Of a stretch of 32,000 bases of DNA, positions 10,001-19,800 are shown in pieces. Under the pieces are notes generated by a model that was given only the letters and a program-made list of their open reading frames with translations, was not told the origin of the DNA and did not search any database. This DNA is from Cenarchaeum sp. (GTDB lineage: Archaea; Thermoproteota; Nitrososphaeria; Nitrososphaerales; Nitrosopumilaceae), in assembly GCA_963692915.1 (NCBI GenBank), contig OY843584.1, positions 631,186 to 663,185 on the forward strand. Direction: 5' to 3'. A program made the position numbers and the translations under genes. The stretch's first letter is position 1. Every line of letters begins with the position of its first letter.

Positions 10001-13000
10001 CGGGGCGCCGCCGCTCGTGCACACAGCCGAGAACGCGGTGGCCTGCGTCCCGCCGGTTCCGTCACGCGCCGTGCCGACAAACCACTCGTCGAGGTGGATG
10101 TTGCCCGTGACCGTGCTGGTGAACACGATCCTGACATAGGTCGAGTCTGCCGCCCTGTGGGTCGTCGCCGTGTATGCGGCCGGCGGGATTATCTCCAAAT
10201 ACTCTTGCGTCACCTGCGTGCCGGCCGCAAGCGCATTGGGCGCCGTGGCCTTGTCCGTGACTTGGCCGAGGCGGATCATGTAGGTGGCTCCAAGTGTCGC
10301 ATCACTCCCGAGGTTCATGCGCACAAAGTTATCCGAGCCGGGCTGCGTGAGGCTGTCCACGCCAAGGTCAGGCCTGATGCTCCACCCTGCAGTCGTGGAT
10401 GGCAGCTCGACGCCTTCGGTGAACGTCACGTGCACGGTTCTGAGCGAGTGGAACGTGACAGAGACTATGGAGGGCACGAGCCTGTCCGGAACCATCACCG
10501 TTGAGCCGCTGGCCAGGGGGTTGCCGGCCCCGTCACTCAGTCCACTGCCCATATACGTCACAGTCGGCGCAAAGCTAGTGTCAACGTCCGCATCGGCGTA
10601 CGCTATGGTCACGAGGTCGCGTGCCGAGTTGAGGGTCGCGCTCGTGACTGTGACTGTGGTCGTGCCCTCGGCGACTCCCCAGTCTGCTGAACCCACCGTT
10701 GCGCTTCTGGGCAGGTTCTCGGACAGCTTTACAGTCAGCGACGTGGCTGACGTCGTCCTCGTGTCAGCGTCTGTGAGCATTGTGGGAGGCGTGCGGTCTA
10801 TGCTGACGCGGTATCCGGCACCTGCTATGGAGCTGCCGTCAGCATTAGTCGCGCGGGTCGTCAGGTCGGCGTGCGTGAATGTTGCCGCGCTTCCCTCAGC
10901 GTCCGTAACGGTGATGCTGAACGTGACGTCACCTTCTGGCGAGCTGCTCGTCACGCTGTGCGAATAGATGTACCGTAGGGGGTTGGCCTGATCTGGCCTG
11001 AACACGCTCGTGCTAGTCACCGGCGAGCCCGAGTCCGTAAAGAACATCGCGGTGCCAAGAGCCGCCGTGTTACTGACTGTGGCGCTCACGGGAATGAGCG
11101 TGCTGCCGACGTAGAGCGGCTCGGTGACTGTTATGACAACCCACACATTGTCATTCAGGCGAGCAGGATTCGCGAGGTAGGGACTGTTTGAGGGGGTAGA
11201 GGCCTGCTTTCTCATGTGCAGCGAGTCTCTGGCTGCCAGTGCGGGCGGCGCGCCGTCACCGGCCTCAGTCGAGTACGACAGCACGGCATTCACGCCATCC
11301 GTCAGGGTTCCGGCCACATACATGACAGACGGCGTGGCCGCCGTCGAGGAGAGCGGCCCGTGCGTGATGAGGAGCTCCGTGACGGCAGGGCTCGACGGTA
11401 TGGCCGGCGTGACTGCGTCACCTGCCCCTGCCGAGGTCTCCGGCGTTGCAGTCACCTTGCCGGAGGTCGCCACAGTCTCCACGCGCGATATGTCCAGCGC
11501 CACATTGCCTGCGTCACTGGCCGCGTCGTTCTCGGTGACCGTCCAGTTCATCGTGTCAAGCGTGCCCCCAAGGCTGCCATCAAACGTGACCCTTGTTGTG
11601 GTCAGCGTCTGTGTCTCGGCCGTAAACGAGTCCGCAGTCGTGATCATGGCCGACTCTTCTGCGCCCACCGCGTTGGCAGGCTCGGCCATGTCCGCTATAT
11701 CATAGTCTGGAATCACCGTGTACTCCCTGTCAGCCATGATCGCCGAGCCGAGGCTGAGTGTGTACGTGGACAGTGTTTCGCGCATGGCGGACAGCACTTG
11801 TATCCCCACGGGGGAGGTGGAGGGGGAGCCGTCGTCTTCTTGCACAACCCAATTGTTGTCCGTGCCTTCGGTGCCCGCGACGTACGGGTTGGACGTGCCC
11901 TCTATGTTCTCCACAAACGTGACGGGCTCGGTGAACGTGACGTGCAGCGAGGTCGGCGTGGTTATCACGGCTGCCCTTATCTCCGGGGGCGCCGTGTCAG
12001 CGGCGGTGGCCTGGCTTGTCGTCAACACTGTAACGCCATAGGTCAGGTCGCCATCAGTGGCCGTGTATGTCACCTTTGGCGTCGAGGCCGTCGAGGCCAG
12101 GCCGTCGTGCGTTAGGATGATCGAGCGGCGGAGCAGCTCGGCAGGGCCTTCGAGAGTCCCAGTCGCCGCCGAGACTGCCGTGACGCGCCTGTCCGTGCCG
12201 GCCTCGGTCACGGCCCAGTCGTCGGCATCCAGTGTGCCGCCCGGCTGGAGCGGGAACGTCACGGCGATTGTCCTCGAGTCTATCGTCCTGGCCGTAAAGG
12301 CCGCCGGCGGGGCGTCCCCAAATGCCGCTGACACCGAGCGCTCCGTGACTGCGTTGCCCTGCGCGTCGGCCAGTCCGGTCGACGGCAGGCTGACTGTGTG
12401 CTCGACGCCAGTCGTGGCCGCAGAGGCCAGCGTGATGGTGAGCGTGTTCGTGCCTGCGTTGTACGCCGGCGATCCCGCTGCCGGCGTCACGGTGTCCGGA
12501 TCGCTGCCGGCGTCGTCCCCGTCAGGCACGGTCACGGCGTACGTCAGGGTATCTATCGTCCCCGTGTTGGCCATCGCCTCGCCAAAGTTGACCGTGATCG
12601 TGTCAGCCGCGCCAAACGAGGCCACAGGCGTCGGAGGGGCGCCGTCTGCGGCCATCCTTGCCACCAGCGCGGAGAGCGCATTGCCCACAGTGTCCACGAT
12701 CCCCGGCGGGGCGTTCGAACCGGTCGGCACCGTGTAGGTGACCGGCGGCGTGGCCCCAGTCGACGCCGTGTCCGCATGATACAGCGTTAATGCGCCAGAG
12801 GGCTGGCTGCCGGCATGCGAGGCCTGATGCACTCCAACTTGCCATCCAGCGGCGCGCTCTCCGGCGACAGGAAGCACGACGGCCTCGCTGAACGTAATGT
12901 CCGTCCCGGTGCGGCTCACAGTCTTTGCCGTGTACGTCGGCGGCATGTTGTCAACTGCCTCGGCGTCGTGATACGGCACGGAGAGTCCCTGGATGGCCGA

Positions 13001-16000
13001 CGGGGTACCGCTCACCCCGGGGGGCAGGCCGATTTGGGGGATGAGGTTGTGCCTCACATTTGGCGTGGATCCCGTCGATGAGAGCGGCGCGTGCGTGATT
13101 GTCATCTCGGTCGCCGTGTTCGATGGAGACAGCTTAATTGTGGGAAGGAGTTGCGATTGAGCCACAAACACGGACGCGGTGCCCAGCATGAGTGAGGATA
13201 TCTGCCTCCTCTCGGACGTCTGCGGATCACCGTCATCATCATCAGTCACTATCCAATGGCCAAGGTTGAGAAAGCCGCTAGTCAGCGGCGGGCCAAAGAA
13301 CGACACAGTCGTGCTCGTCGGCGAGTTTGTCACTGCCGTGAATGGCGGCGCAGTCGCCATGACAGTCGTGGTCGTCAGGGCGTTGCCAGACGTGTCGGCC
13401 AGTCCCGTGGACGGCAGTGCCACCGCGTACACGTCGCGGTGTGTCGCCGTGCCGGCCAGCATCAGCTCCAGCGTGTGCGTGTGGGGATTGTACTCGTGTG
13501 GCCCGGACAGCGTCACTGCTGTCGAGTCCTCGGTCACCGTGTAGGTGAGGCCCGCTATCGTCTCCGGACTGGCAAGGGCCTCGCTAAAGGCCACATTGAT
13601 CACGCCGGGTGCCCCAAATGACGCGCTAGCCGTGGGCCCGATGCCGTCGGTGAGGGGCACAGACGATCCGGTGCGCAGGACGTTGCGCCCTGACGCGTCA
13701 ACGACCCTGTTGGAGGCCGTGTCGGATCCCGTGTACAGCAGTGCCGTGCCGGCGGCCAGGTCGGTAAAGTCCAGTGCCTGTGTGCGCGTGAGCGTGATCC
13801 TGTCGGCGGCGACATGGCCCGAGTCAAACGTTATGCCGCCGCCAATGGTCCACTCTGAGCCCGTGAGGACAATATTGGCGTCGACAGACTTTGAGAGCGT
13901 CGCGCTCACCTGCGTTGGCGAGTCGAGTGTCGCCGAGACCAGCGTCATCGGGGTGCCATCAACGACCGTTTTTGGCGGCGGTATCTCACGGGTGCGATCA
14001 ACCAACATCAGTTCATCCAGCGTGAACGGGTCGGTGTCCATCGGGTCGCCGCCAGAGTCGGCCAGGGCCGTCTGTCCTGCCAAAAGCGTCGCCGGCTTTG
14101 CGAACATGATGCCCGGCATTGATGTCAAATCCAAATTCGATATTGACTCGTGCCTTAGCGTAAACGCAGTCGCCGAGCTGAGCTCGACTGTCGGCGAGCG
14201 CAGCAGGTCGACTGTGCTGTGCTCGCCGGCCCTGACTGACTGGATCTCCACGGTGACCGGACCGTCAGACGTCATGCCCGCGAGGCTCCAGTCAGCGGCG
14301 CGCAGCGTCCCGCTCACGGCCTCGTCAAGCCTGACCACCGTCGTGCGGTCGCCCGTCAAGAGCGCCACGGAGATCTCGGGGGCAGGCGAGTTAACGACCG
14401 AGATCCCGGATTTCCCAGCGGACTGGTTTGGCGGCGTGGCCCTATCCGCAAAGTTCTGCGCATCGGGAATGTATTCGCCGCTCTTGAGGCGCTGTGGCAG
14501 TGTCCCAACCACCTCGTTGGGGTTGGTCGGCGAGACCATGAGATTGGAGCCCCCAACAGAGCCTGCAACAGGTCCTGTTGTGCCGGCCGCGGTGTGCACA
14601 TGTATAACGGACTCTGGAAGCACAGTGACAGGGCCACTGAATGTGACTCTCACGCTCGTGCCATCACTGCTAACAGATGGGGCAAAAGTGGTAATGCTCT
14701 CCTTGTCGACTGCGACGATATCCCACACCCCGGCGCCCAGGTCCGTGCCGCCAAACGCTAGACCCCCAGTGGCCGGTGAGGTGTACCTGATCGTCGGCGT
14801 CTCATCAGGACCCAAGGCGCCAGAAAAGGCAACGCGAATGTCAAAGTCTAGCCTGTTATCTATCGTGGACGTGACACCTCTACCAGCGGATGAAAAGGGA
14901 TGTCCAACTGCCGTAACGGGTATTTCCCTCGTAGAATCAGGGAGGTTGATGATGACGAACTCGGATGCGCGAATCGTGCTGCCGTCCGCCCTGGACTTGA
15001 GAACTGCAAAATAGCTGGTATCGCCGGTCTTGTCCACACGGAACGGCGGCGTGTGCGTCAGTGTGCACGTGGCAGCGCACGTTGCGGGGTCAAATGGGGT
15101 GCCAGCGCTGTTCTCGAATGTCGGCGCGATGGTGTACACGACGCCGGGGATCGCATTGGCGCCTAGCGTGGCCGTGACGATCATGGCGGTAGTACGCGCA
15201 ACACTCGACACGGTGATCACGTCTGGCAGGGTGTCTGCGTCATGGGGAGTTAACGTGTTGTCAGGCGCCGTGACCCCAAGGTTGGACGTGGTGGCGGTGG
15301 ACATGTCGATGGTGTCGTCAAACGTCATGCGAATCGTCTTTGAGCCCGTAAACTCTGCAGAGCTCAAAACCAGCGGCGGCGTGTGCGTCAGTTCGCACGT
15401 GGCGCCGCACGTTGCGGGGTCAAATGGGGTGCCGGGGCCGTTTGCGAATGTTGGCGCGATTGTGTACACGACGCCGGGGATCGCATCGGCGCTTAGCGTG
15501 GCCTCGACATTCCTGGCGGTAGAACGGGAAACACTCGACACGGTGATCACGTCTGGCATGGTGTCTGCGTCATGGGGAGTTAACGTGTTGTCAGGCGCAG
15601 TGACTGCCATGTTGGACGTAGTGGCGGTGTCAGTGGCGATAGTGTCCACGAACTTCATGAGAATCGTCCTTGGGCCCGTAAACTCTGCTGAGGACAGAAC
15701 ATTCGCGCGCACGAGCACGTTGGCAGTGCTGCCTGACGTGGTGTCTTGCCAATTTATCAAGTTGGCTCCCGATGTTGGGCTCACGTTTGGGGGAGTTGCC
15801 GTGTCCCTGGCCACGATGGTAAAGGTGAGTGTGAAACCACCGGTGTCAGCGGCATCTATAGTGAACGTGTGCCGCCAGCTCCGGTCATTGCTGTCGGCGG
15901 TGTTGACCATGTCCACGGCCGTCGGCGTCCTGTGCGCTCCAGGGACCACTATCGTCGGCGCCGGCGATGTCGCGACGTCCTCGTCAAACGTCACGTCTAT

Positions 16001-16207
16001 GGTAATCCTGTCACCGGCGTTAGCCCAGTGCGCAAGACCTCCAGTGCGATCCACAAAGCTGCTGCCAGTATTGTCGGCCACGGTGACCGTGAGGACGGTG
16101 ACCCCCGGAGGATCCGTGTCTGCCGTTTGGGCCGTCGCACCGCTGACAGAGGCGGCAAGAAAGAGCGACATGATCGCAAACGCCAGTGTTGGCACTGCAG
16201 CCCGCAT
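7034..16207 (-). CDS. Giant secreted surface protein (3057 aa) with many Ig-like (SbsA/Big_5-type) repeats and a distinct 342-aa C-terminal module
   Basis: Uninterrupted 9174-nt ORF. N-terminal signal peptide MRAAVPTLAFAIMSLFLAASVSGA. Recurrent ~100-aa Thr/Ala/Ser-rich modules carry the (V/I)TF(S/T/D)E(A/P/D)V strand motif typical of S-layer-type bacterial Ig-like domains. A Gly6 hinge leads into the CDDCTPPTLG...DADGDGTYDYD (DxDxDG-like) C-terminal module. No C-terminal TM segment. TATA box 25-31 nt upstream of the ATG. Confidence 0.85.
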   Translation of the reverse strand: MRAAVPTLAFAIMSLFLAASVSGATAQTADTDPPGVTVLTVTVADNTGSSFVDRTGGLAHWANAGDRITIDVTFDEDVATSPAPTIVVPGAHRTPTAVDMVNTADSNDRSWRHTFTIDAADTGGFTLTFTIVARDTATPPNVSPTSGANLINWQDTTSGSTANVLVRANVLSSAEFTGPRTILMKFVDTIATDTATTSNMAVTAPDNTLTPHDADTMPDVITVSSVSRSTARNVEATLSADAIPGVVYTIAPTFANGPGTPFDPATCGATCELTHTPPLVLSSAEFTGSKTIRMTFDDTIDMSTATTSNLGVTAPDNTLTPHDADTLPDVITVSSVARTTAMIVTATLGANAIPGVVYTIAPTFENSAGTPFDPATCAATCTLTHTPPFRVDKTGDTSYFAVLKSRADGSTIRASEFVIINLPDSTREIPVTAVGHPFSSAGRGVTSTIDNRLDFDIRVAFSGALGPDETPTIRYTSPATGGLAFGGTDLGAGVWDIVAVDKESITTFAPSVSSDGTSVRVTFSGPVTVLPESVIHVHTAAGTTGPVAGSVGGSNLMVSPTNPNEVVGTLPQRLKSGEYIPDAQNFADRATPPNQSAGKSGISVVNSPAPEISVALLTGDRTTVVRLDEAVSGTLRAADWSLAGMTSDGPVTVEIQSVRAGEHSTVDLLRSPTVELSSATAFTLRHESISNLDLTSMPGIMFAKPATLLAGQTALADSGGDPMDTDPFTLDELMLVDRTREIPPPKTVVDGTPMTLVSATLDSPTQVSATLSKSVDANIVLTGSEWTIGGGITFDSGHVAADRITLTRTQALDFTDLAAGTALLYTGSDTASNRVVDASGRNVLRTGSSVPLTDGIGPTASASFGAPGVINVAFSEALASPETIAGLTYTVTEDSTAVTLSGPHEYNPHTHTLELMLAGTATHRDVYAVALPSTGLADTSGNALTTTTVMATAPPFTAVTNSPTSTTVSFFGPPLTSGFLNLGHWIVTDDDDGDPQTSERRQISSLMLGTASVFVAQSQLLPTIKLSPSNTATEMTITHAPLSSTGSTPNVRHNLIPQIGLPPGVSGTPSAIQGLSVPYHDAEAVDNMPPTYTAKTVSRTGTDITFSEAVVLPVAGERAAGWQVGVHQASHAGSQPSGALTLYHADTASTGATPPVTYTVPTGSNAPPGIVDTVGNALSALVARMAADGAPPTPVASFGAADTITVNFGEAMANTGTIDTLTYAVTVPDGDDAGSDPDTVTPAAGSPAYNAGTNTLTITLASAATTGVEHTVSLPSTGLADAQGNAVTERSVSAAFGDAPPAAFTARTIDSRTIAVTFPLQPGGTLDADDWAVTEAGTDRRVTAVSAATGTLEGPAELLRRSIILTHDGLASTASTPKVTYTATDGDLTYGVTVLTTSQATAADTAPPEIRAAVITTPTSLHVTFTEPVTFVENIEGTSNPYVAGTEGTDNNWVVQEDDGSPSTSPVGIQVLSAMRETLSTYTLSLGSAIMADREYTVIPDYDIADMAEPANAVGAEESAMITTADSFTAETQTLTTTRVTFDGSLGGTLDTMNWTVTENDAASDAGNVALDISRVETVATSGKVTATPETSAGAGDAVTPAIPSSPAVTELLITHGPLSSTAATPSVMYVAGTLTDGVNAVLSYSTEAGDGAPPALAARDSLHMRKQASTPSNSPYLANPARLNDNVWVVITVTEPLYVGSTLIPVSATVSNTAALGTAMFFTDSGSPVTSTSVFRPDQANPLRYIYSHSVTSSSPEGDVTFSITVTDAEGSAATFTHADLTTRATNADGSSIAGAGYRVSIDRTPPTMLTDADTRTTSATSLTVKLSENLPRSATVGSADWGVAEGTTTVTVTSATLNSARDLVTIAYADADVDTSFAPTVTYMGSGLSDGAGNPLASGSTVMVPDRLVPSIVSVTFHSLRTVHVTFTEGVELPSTTAGWSIRPDLGVDSLTQPGSDNFVRMNLGSDATLGATYMIRLGQVTDKATAPNALAAGTQVTQEYLEIIPPAAYTATTHRAADSTYVRIVFTSTVTGNIHLDEWFVGTARDGTGGTQATAFSAVCTSGGAPAAVSATPFDITSICSGTDTEPLTFYIGYDAQASDATPHIAYRPASGQTMPVLLASDGTPIAGRTTAIDGLPPLFTAKTVSPRSIEVTFDEDVTAAAGGPDASRWYHYATATTPPALPTATELASAVTEGTDFGTAELVGRTLTLTLAESTVIASGWGTGDTTVTPPALGYDVPASMMSDILDTSAAANGLAANTATNDIADDAPLSAYPLTLTVADEASGSFTDRTGPNSQYANAGDRITLDVTFSEDIVTSPAPTITVPGTHRTSAPTAMGNAGDTDDRTWSHSFVVDAADDNAPFEFTIRATGANPATDVELTQSDITSGGNAVIDTVPPEFLQVFRPPGNTHQLTIYTEPVHGVASIVSSGSIGQVHTFTLTIAPEAATHTIRQVHSRVNFGPFTISISGLTDRAGNPLVPVPTMQAPLVEAGGTLSALELTVPATGEYTIEAVGEERGELGESTRIILSSLPSDTLAGTITVNVDGATVTLRQSTVVEDFGDVDTDESIAVARLPPPARGTEYVAAEGTDEETAANEAVTRVLSSRPPAILVEFGKSGDATPMTFDRPVAIRLLGAGAAAHAFWLSGADALTVHSIPECESFDDSGVPRGIGSGAIELRECRVRDGGDLVIWTNHFTRFGATQAGSGGGGGGDGCDDCTPPTLGVDSTGTRRVSQGFSYNGEAVDAEYYYTPMPLITVETGVENVAIIKVFEDTGPLNVRHVGLAFGLGRGQHFGESGAEIRVSLPYGNGNATASVGGAVDTIDAETLRASSEIGACMPGSEAECRIVTIHHTFREPLNFDVVSTVVWDERRNSWQNFFNHGVHVTGESLNPSHGIEVNGGALVLYPLIASNVDADGDGTYDYDTRHVTYMLDDEYRVYRITPAGTYEPLRNLASLYHEIDESMYEEDRATQHGWARGTDSFAELIASERAIAEEHLRAMGVAPAAPAAEPAYVASPEPEDQKEYLERLRAKIAHEINLAELALLEMYPAPPPE
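8064..8081. repeat. (CCG)6 trinucleotide repeat encoding the poly-Gly hinge of giant protein 1
   Basis: Six consecutive CCG units on the plus strand (GGC Gly codons on the coding strand). The paralog has four units at 17877-17888. Confidence 0.85.
15038..15697. repeat. Internal tandem duplication of a 330-bp (110-aa) domain unit in giant gene 1
   Basis: Residues 171-280 and 281-390 both run LSSAEFTG...NAIPGVVYTIAPTF...THTPP. Units are at 15368-15697 and 15038-15367. Giant protein 2 has a single unit, which accounts for the 100-aa length difference. Confidence 0.9.
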
Positions 16208-16231
16208 ACTGCCGCCCTTTCAACATACGAG

Positions 16232-16238
16232 TATATAA
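16232..16238 (-). promoter_or_regulatory. TATA box (TTATATA on minus strand) of giant gene 1
   Basis: Located 25-31 nt upstream of the ATG at 16207. An identical element sits at the same spacing upstream of giant gene 2. Confidence 0.55.
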
Positions 16239-16266
16239 CACAATTGGTGGGTTTGCGCCCAAAATG

Positions 16267-16285
16267 CCCCCCCCCCCCCCCCCCC
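16267..16285. repeat. Homopolymer C19 (G19 on the coding strand) upstream of the giant gene 1 promoter
   Basis: 19 consecutive C counted directly. The proximal end is 60 nt upstream of the ATG and 28 nt upstream of the TATA box. Confidence 0.95.
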
Positions 16286-16846
16286 ATTATACGGCATGCC
16301 CCGACCTAGCCGCAGAGCCTTTTGCGAACCTTGGCTTGCCAAGCAGTATCGTTCGGGTTTCAGCAATGCTCGGCGCATCAGACTCAGAGTCGCTACGCTC
16401 GTCGTTTTCCATGTGGCAGCATGACTTAATTTCAGTGTGAAGTGCTGGGCCGTGCCCTGCTTTGCCCACGAATAGACGCGGGCAGCAGCTCCTGGGAACG
16501 GCACGGCATGAAATTCCAGAGGCGGCCAACAGGCCCTGTCATGTCGCCGCGCCGGGATATCCCCGGTATACTGATGTGCGCCTTTGGCGCCCCTGCAAAA
16601 GGATCACATGCGGGATGAGCCGTGCCGGGCTTGCGCCCTCCGGGGCGCGCTCGCCGCCGCCGGAATCGCGCGTCCTGCCCGGGATGGGCTTGCGTCGGCA
16701 CGGTGTCCCGGATGCCGGGTTTGGCTGTGCCGCAGGGCCTGGCGCCAAACGGGCCTGGCGGTGCCGCCTGGGCAGAACCGCCAGTCCCGAGATCAGCAGG
16801 CTGCGATGCGCGATGGCGCGCCGTCGCACACGCGCATGCCGCGCAG

Positions 16847-19800
16847 CTATTCCGGGGGCGGCGCAGGGTACATCTCTAGGAGCGCAAGCTCGGCGAGGTT
16901 TATCTCGTGGGCGATCTTTGCGCGGAGGCGCTCGAGGTACTCCTTTTGGTCCTCGGGCTCCGGGGAGGCGACATAGGCCGGTTCGGCAGCCGGCGCGGCC
17001 GGCACAACGCCCATGGCGCGCAGGTGCTCCTCGGCGATCGCGCGCTCGGACGCGATGAGCTCAGCAAAGCTGTCGGTGCCGCGCGCCCAGCCGTGCTGCG
17101 TCGCGCGATCCTCCTCGTACATCGACTCGTCGATCTCGTGGTGCAGCGAGGCGAGGTTGCGCAGCGGCTCGTACGTGCCGGCCGGGGTGATGCGGTAGAC
17201 GCGGTACTCGCCGTCGAGCATGTACGTCACGTGGCGCGTGTCATAGTCGTACGTCCCGTCGCCGTCGGCATCGACGTTGCCGGCTATGAGCGGGTAGAGC
17301 ACGAGCGCCCCGCCGTTGACCTCGATGCCGTGGCTCGGGTTTAGCGACTCGCCGGTCACGTGGACGCCGTGGTTGAAAAAGTTCTGCCACGAGTTGCGCC
17401 TCTCGTCCCAGACGACCGTCGAGACGACGTCAAAGTTGAGGGGCTCGCGGAACGTGTGGTGTATCGTGACTATGCGGCACTCGGCCTCCGAGCCTGGCAT
17501 GCACGCGCCGATCTCCGAGCTCGCGCGCAGCGTCTCGGCGTCTATCGTGTCGACTGCGCCGCCTACCGAGGCCGTCGCGTTGCCGTTGCCGTACGGCAGG
17601 CTCACCCTTATCTCGGCGCCCGACTCGCCAAAGTGCTGCCCGCGCCCCAGGCCAAAGGCCAGGCCGACGTGCCTGACGTTGAGCGGGCCCGTGTCCTCAA
17701 AGACCTTTATGATCGCGACGTTCTCGACTCCTGTCTCCACGGTTATGAGCGGCATGGGCGTGTAATAGTACTCGGCATCCACGGCCTCTCCGTTGTACGA
17801 GAACCCCTGGCTCACGCGCCTGGTCCCCGTGGAGTCGACTCCCAGCGTCGGCGGCGTGCAGTCATCGCAGCCGTCCCCGCCGCCGCCGCTGACGCCTGGT
17901 GCAGTGGCGCCAAAGCGCGTAAAGTGGTTTGTCCATATCACGAGATCCCCGCCATCGCGCACGCGGCACTCATTGAGCTCGATGGCGCCAGAGCCAATAT
18001 CTCCGGGCACTTCAGAGGCGTCACGCGATTCACACTCGGGTATGGCGTTAACGGTTAAGCCATTTGGGCCGGACAGCCAGAACGCGTGAACCGCAGCGCC
18101 GGCACCGAGCAGCCTTATTGCCACAGGCCTGTCAAATGTCATCGGAGCCGCATCGCCGCTCTTGCCTAACTCGACTAGCGTCGCCGGCGGCCTGGAGGCC
18201 AGAACCCTGGTCACTGCCTCGTTGGCCGCAGTCTCCTCCTCGTCTGCTCCTATCGCTGCGACGTACTCGGTGTCGCGCGCCGGGGGAGGGAGTCGCACGA
18301 CCACTACGGACTCGTCAGTGTCAACATCTCCAAAGTCTTCGACCACCGTCGACTGGCGTAATGTGACAGTCACCCCGTCCACGTTCACCGTTATCGTTCC
18401 AGCTAGTGTGTCACTGCGTTGCTCAGTCAGGCGGATGATCGTGCTCTCGCCCAACCCGCCTCTCTCGCCCTCCGGCGCCTCGATTGTGTACGAGCCTGCA
18501 GGTGGCACGGAGAACTCGGGCACAGCAAGAGTGCTTCCAGAGCCGGCTCTGACCGGAGTCGTTTGCTCACGGTTCACCGTGTAAACAAGCGGATTGTCGG
18601 CCCTGTCAGTCAGGCCGGTTAAAGTGAGTGAGTATGTGCCAGTGCCAGCTATGACCGCCTGGAATTGCTTGATCGTGTCCGTGGGAGCGTCGGCAGGTAC
18701 GGTGAACATGTTGTTATGGACCGGGCCAAAGGTGTGCGCCGTGTCTGGGCCCTGTGACACTGCCATGGCTGTGCCGTGCACAGGCTCGGTGAATATCAAT
18801 CGCTGATCAGAATCATGATCATTCATGGGTGGGCGAACCACGTAGAGGAGCTCTGGAGGCACGGTGTCTATGACGGCGTTGCCGCCGGACGTAATGTGCG
18901 ATTGGGTCAGTTCCACGTCAGTCGCGGGGTTTGCCCCCGTTGCGCGTATGGCAAACTCTAATGGAGCATTGTCGTCGGCGGCGTCCACCACGAACGAGTG
19001 TGACCACGTCCTGTCGTCGGTGTCGCCGTCGTTGCCCATCGCCGTCGGCGCGCTTGTCCTGTGCGTGCCCGGCACCGTTATCGTCGGTGCCGGCGACGTC
19101 ACGATGTCCTCGCTGAACGTGACGTCGAGTGTGATCCTGTCACCGGCGTTGGCGTGCTGGGAGTTTGCCCCCGTCCTGTCCGTGAACGAGCCGCTAGCCT
19201 CGTCTGCGACGGTCAGCGTGAGCGGGTACGCCGAGAGCGGCGCGTCATCCGCAATGTTGTTCGTTGCCGTGTTGGCCGCCAGGCCATTGGCTGCCGCAGA
19301 CGCGTCAAGTATGTCCGACATCATGGAGGCAGGGACGTCATAGCCCAGCGCGGGCGGCGTGATGGTCGTGTCGCCTGTGCCCCAGCCGCTTGTGATCACG
19401 GTCGACTCGGCCAGCGTGAGCGTGAGCGTGCGCCCTTCAAGCGTCGCGGTTCCAAAGCTTGTGCCCGCCGTGACGGCCGCGGCGAGCTCTGTTGCCGTGG
19501 GCAGTGCCGGCGGGGTCGTCGCCGTCGCATAGTGGTACCAGCGCGAGGCGTCCGGCCCGCCTGCGGCGGCAGTGACGTCCTCGTCAAACGTGACCTCTAT
19601 TGACCGAGGCGAGACCGTCTTGGCCGTAAAGAGCGGCGGCAGGCCGTCGATTGCCGTCGTGCGCCCCGCGATGGGCGTGCCGTCAGAGGCCAAGAGCACC
19701 GGCATTGTCTGGCCCGAGGCCGGCCTGTACGCGATGTGGGGGGTGGCATCAGAGGCCTGCGCGTCATAGCCGATGTAGAACGTGAGCGGCTCGGTGTCGG

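Larger units (their letters stand above)
7012..16330. repeat. Tandem segmental duplication, copy 1 (giant gene 1 plus its promoter/5' flank and ~22 bp of 3' flank)
   Basis: Collinear with 16825-25841 at a constant offset of 9813 at the 3' end (stop codons 7034 versus 16847). Similarity starts at cgcacacgcgcatgccgcgcag and fades about 45 nt beyond the poly-C tract. Confidence 0.9.

Noticed and set aside
16220-16529. Small minus-strand ORFs (94 aa and 80 aa) upstream of giant gene 1
   Set aside because: One translates the poly-G tract into a Gly run and the other ends at the tract edge. Neither is conserved upstream of copy 2 beyond the ~45-bp duplicated flank, and neither has promoter spacing support.
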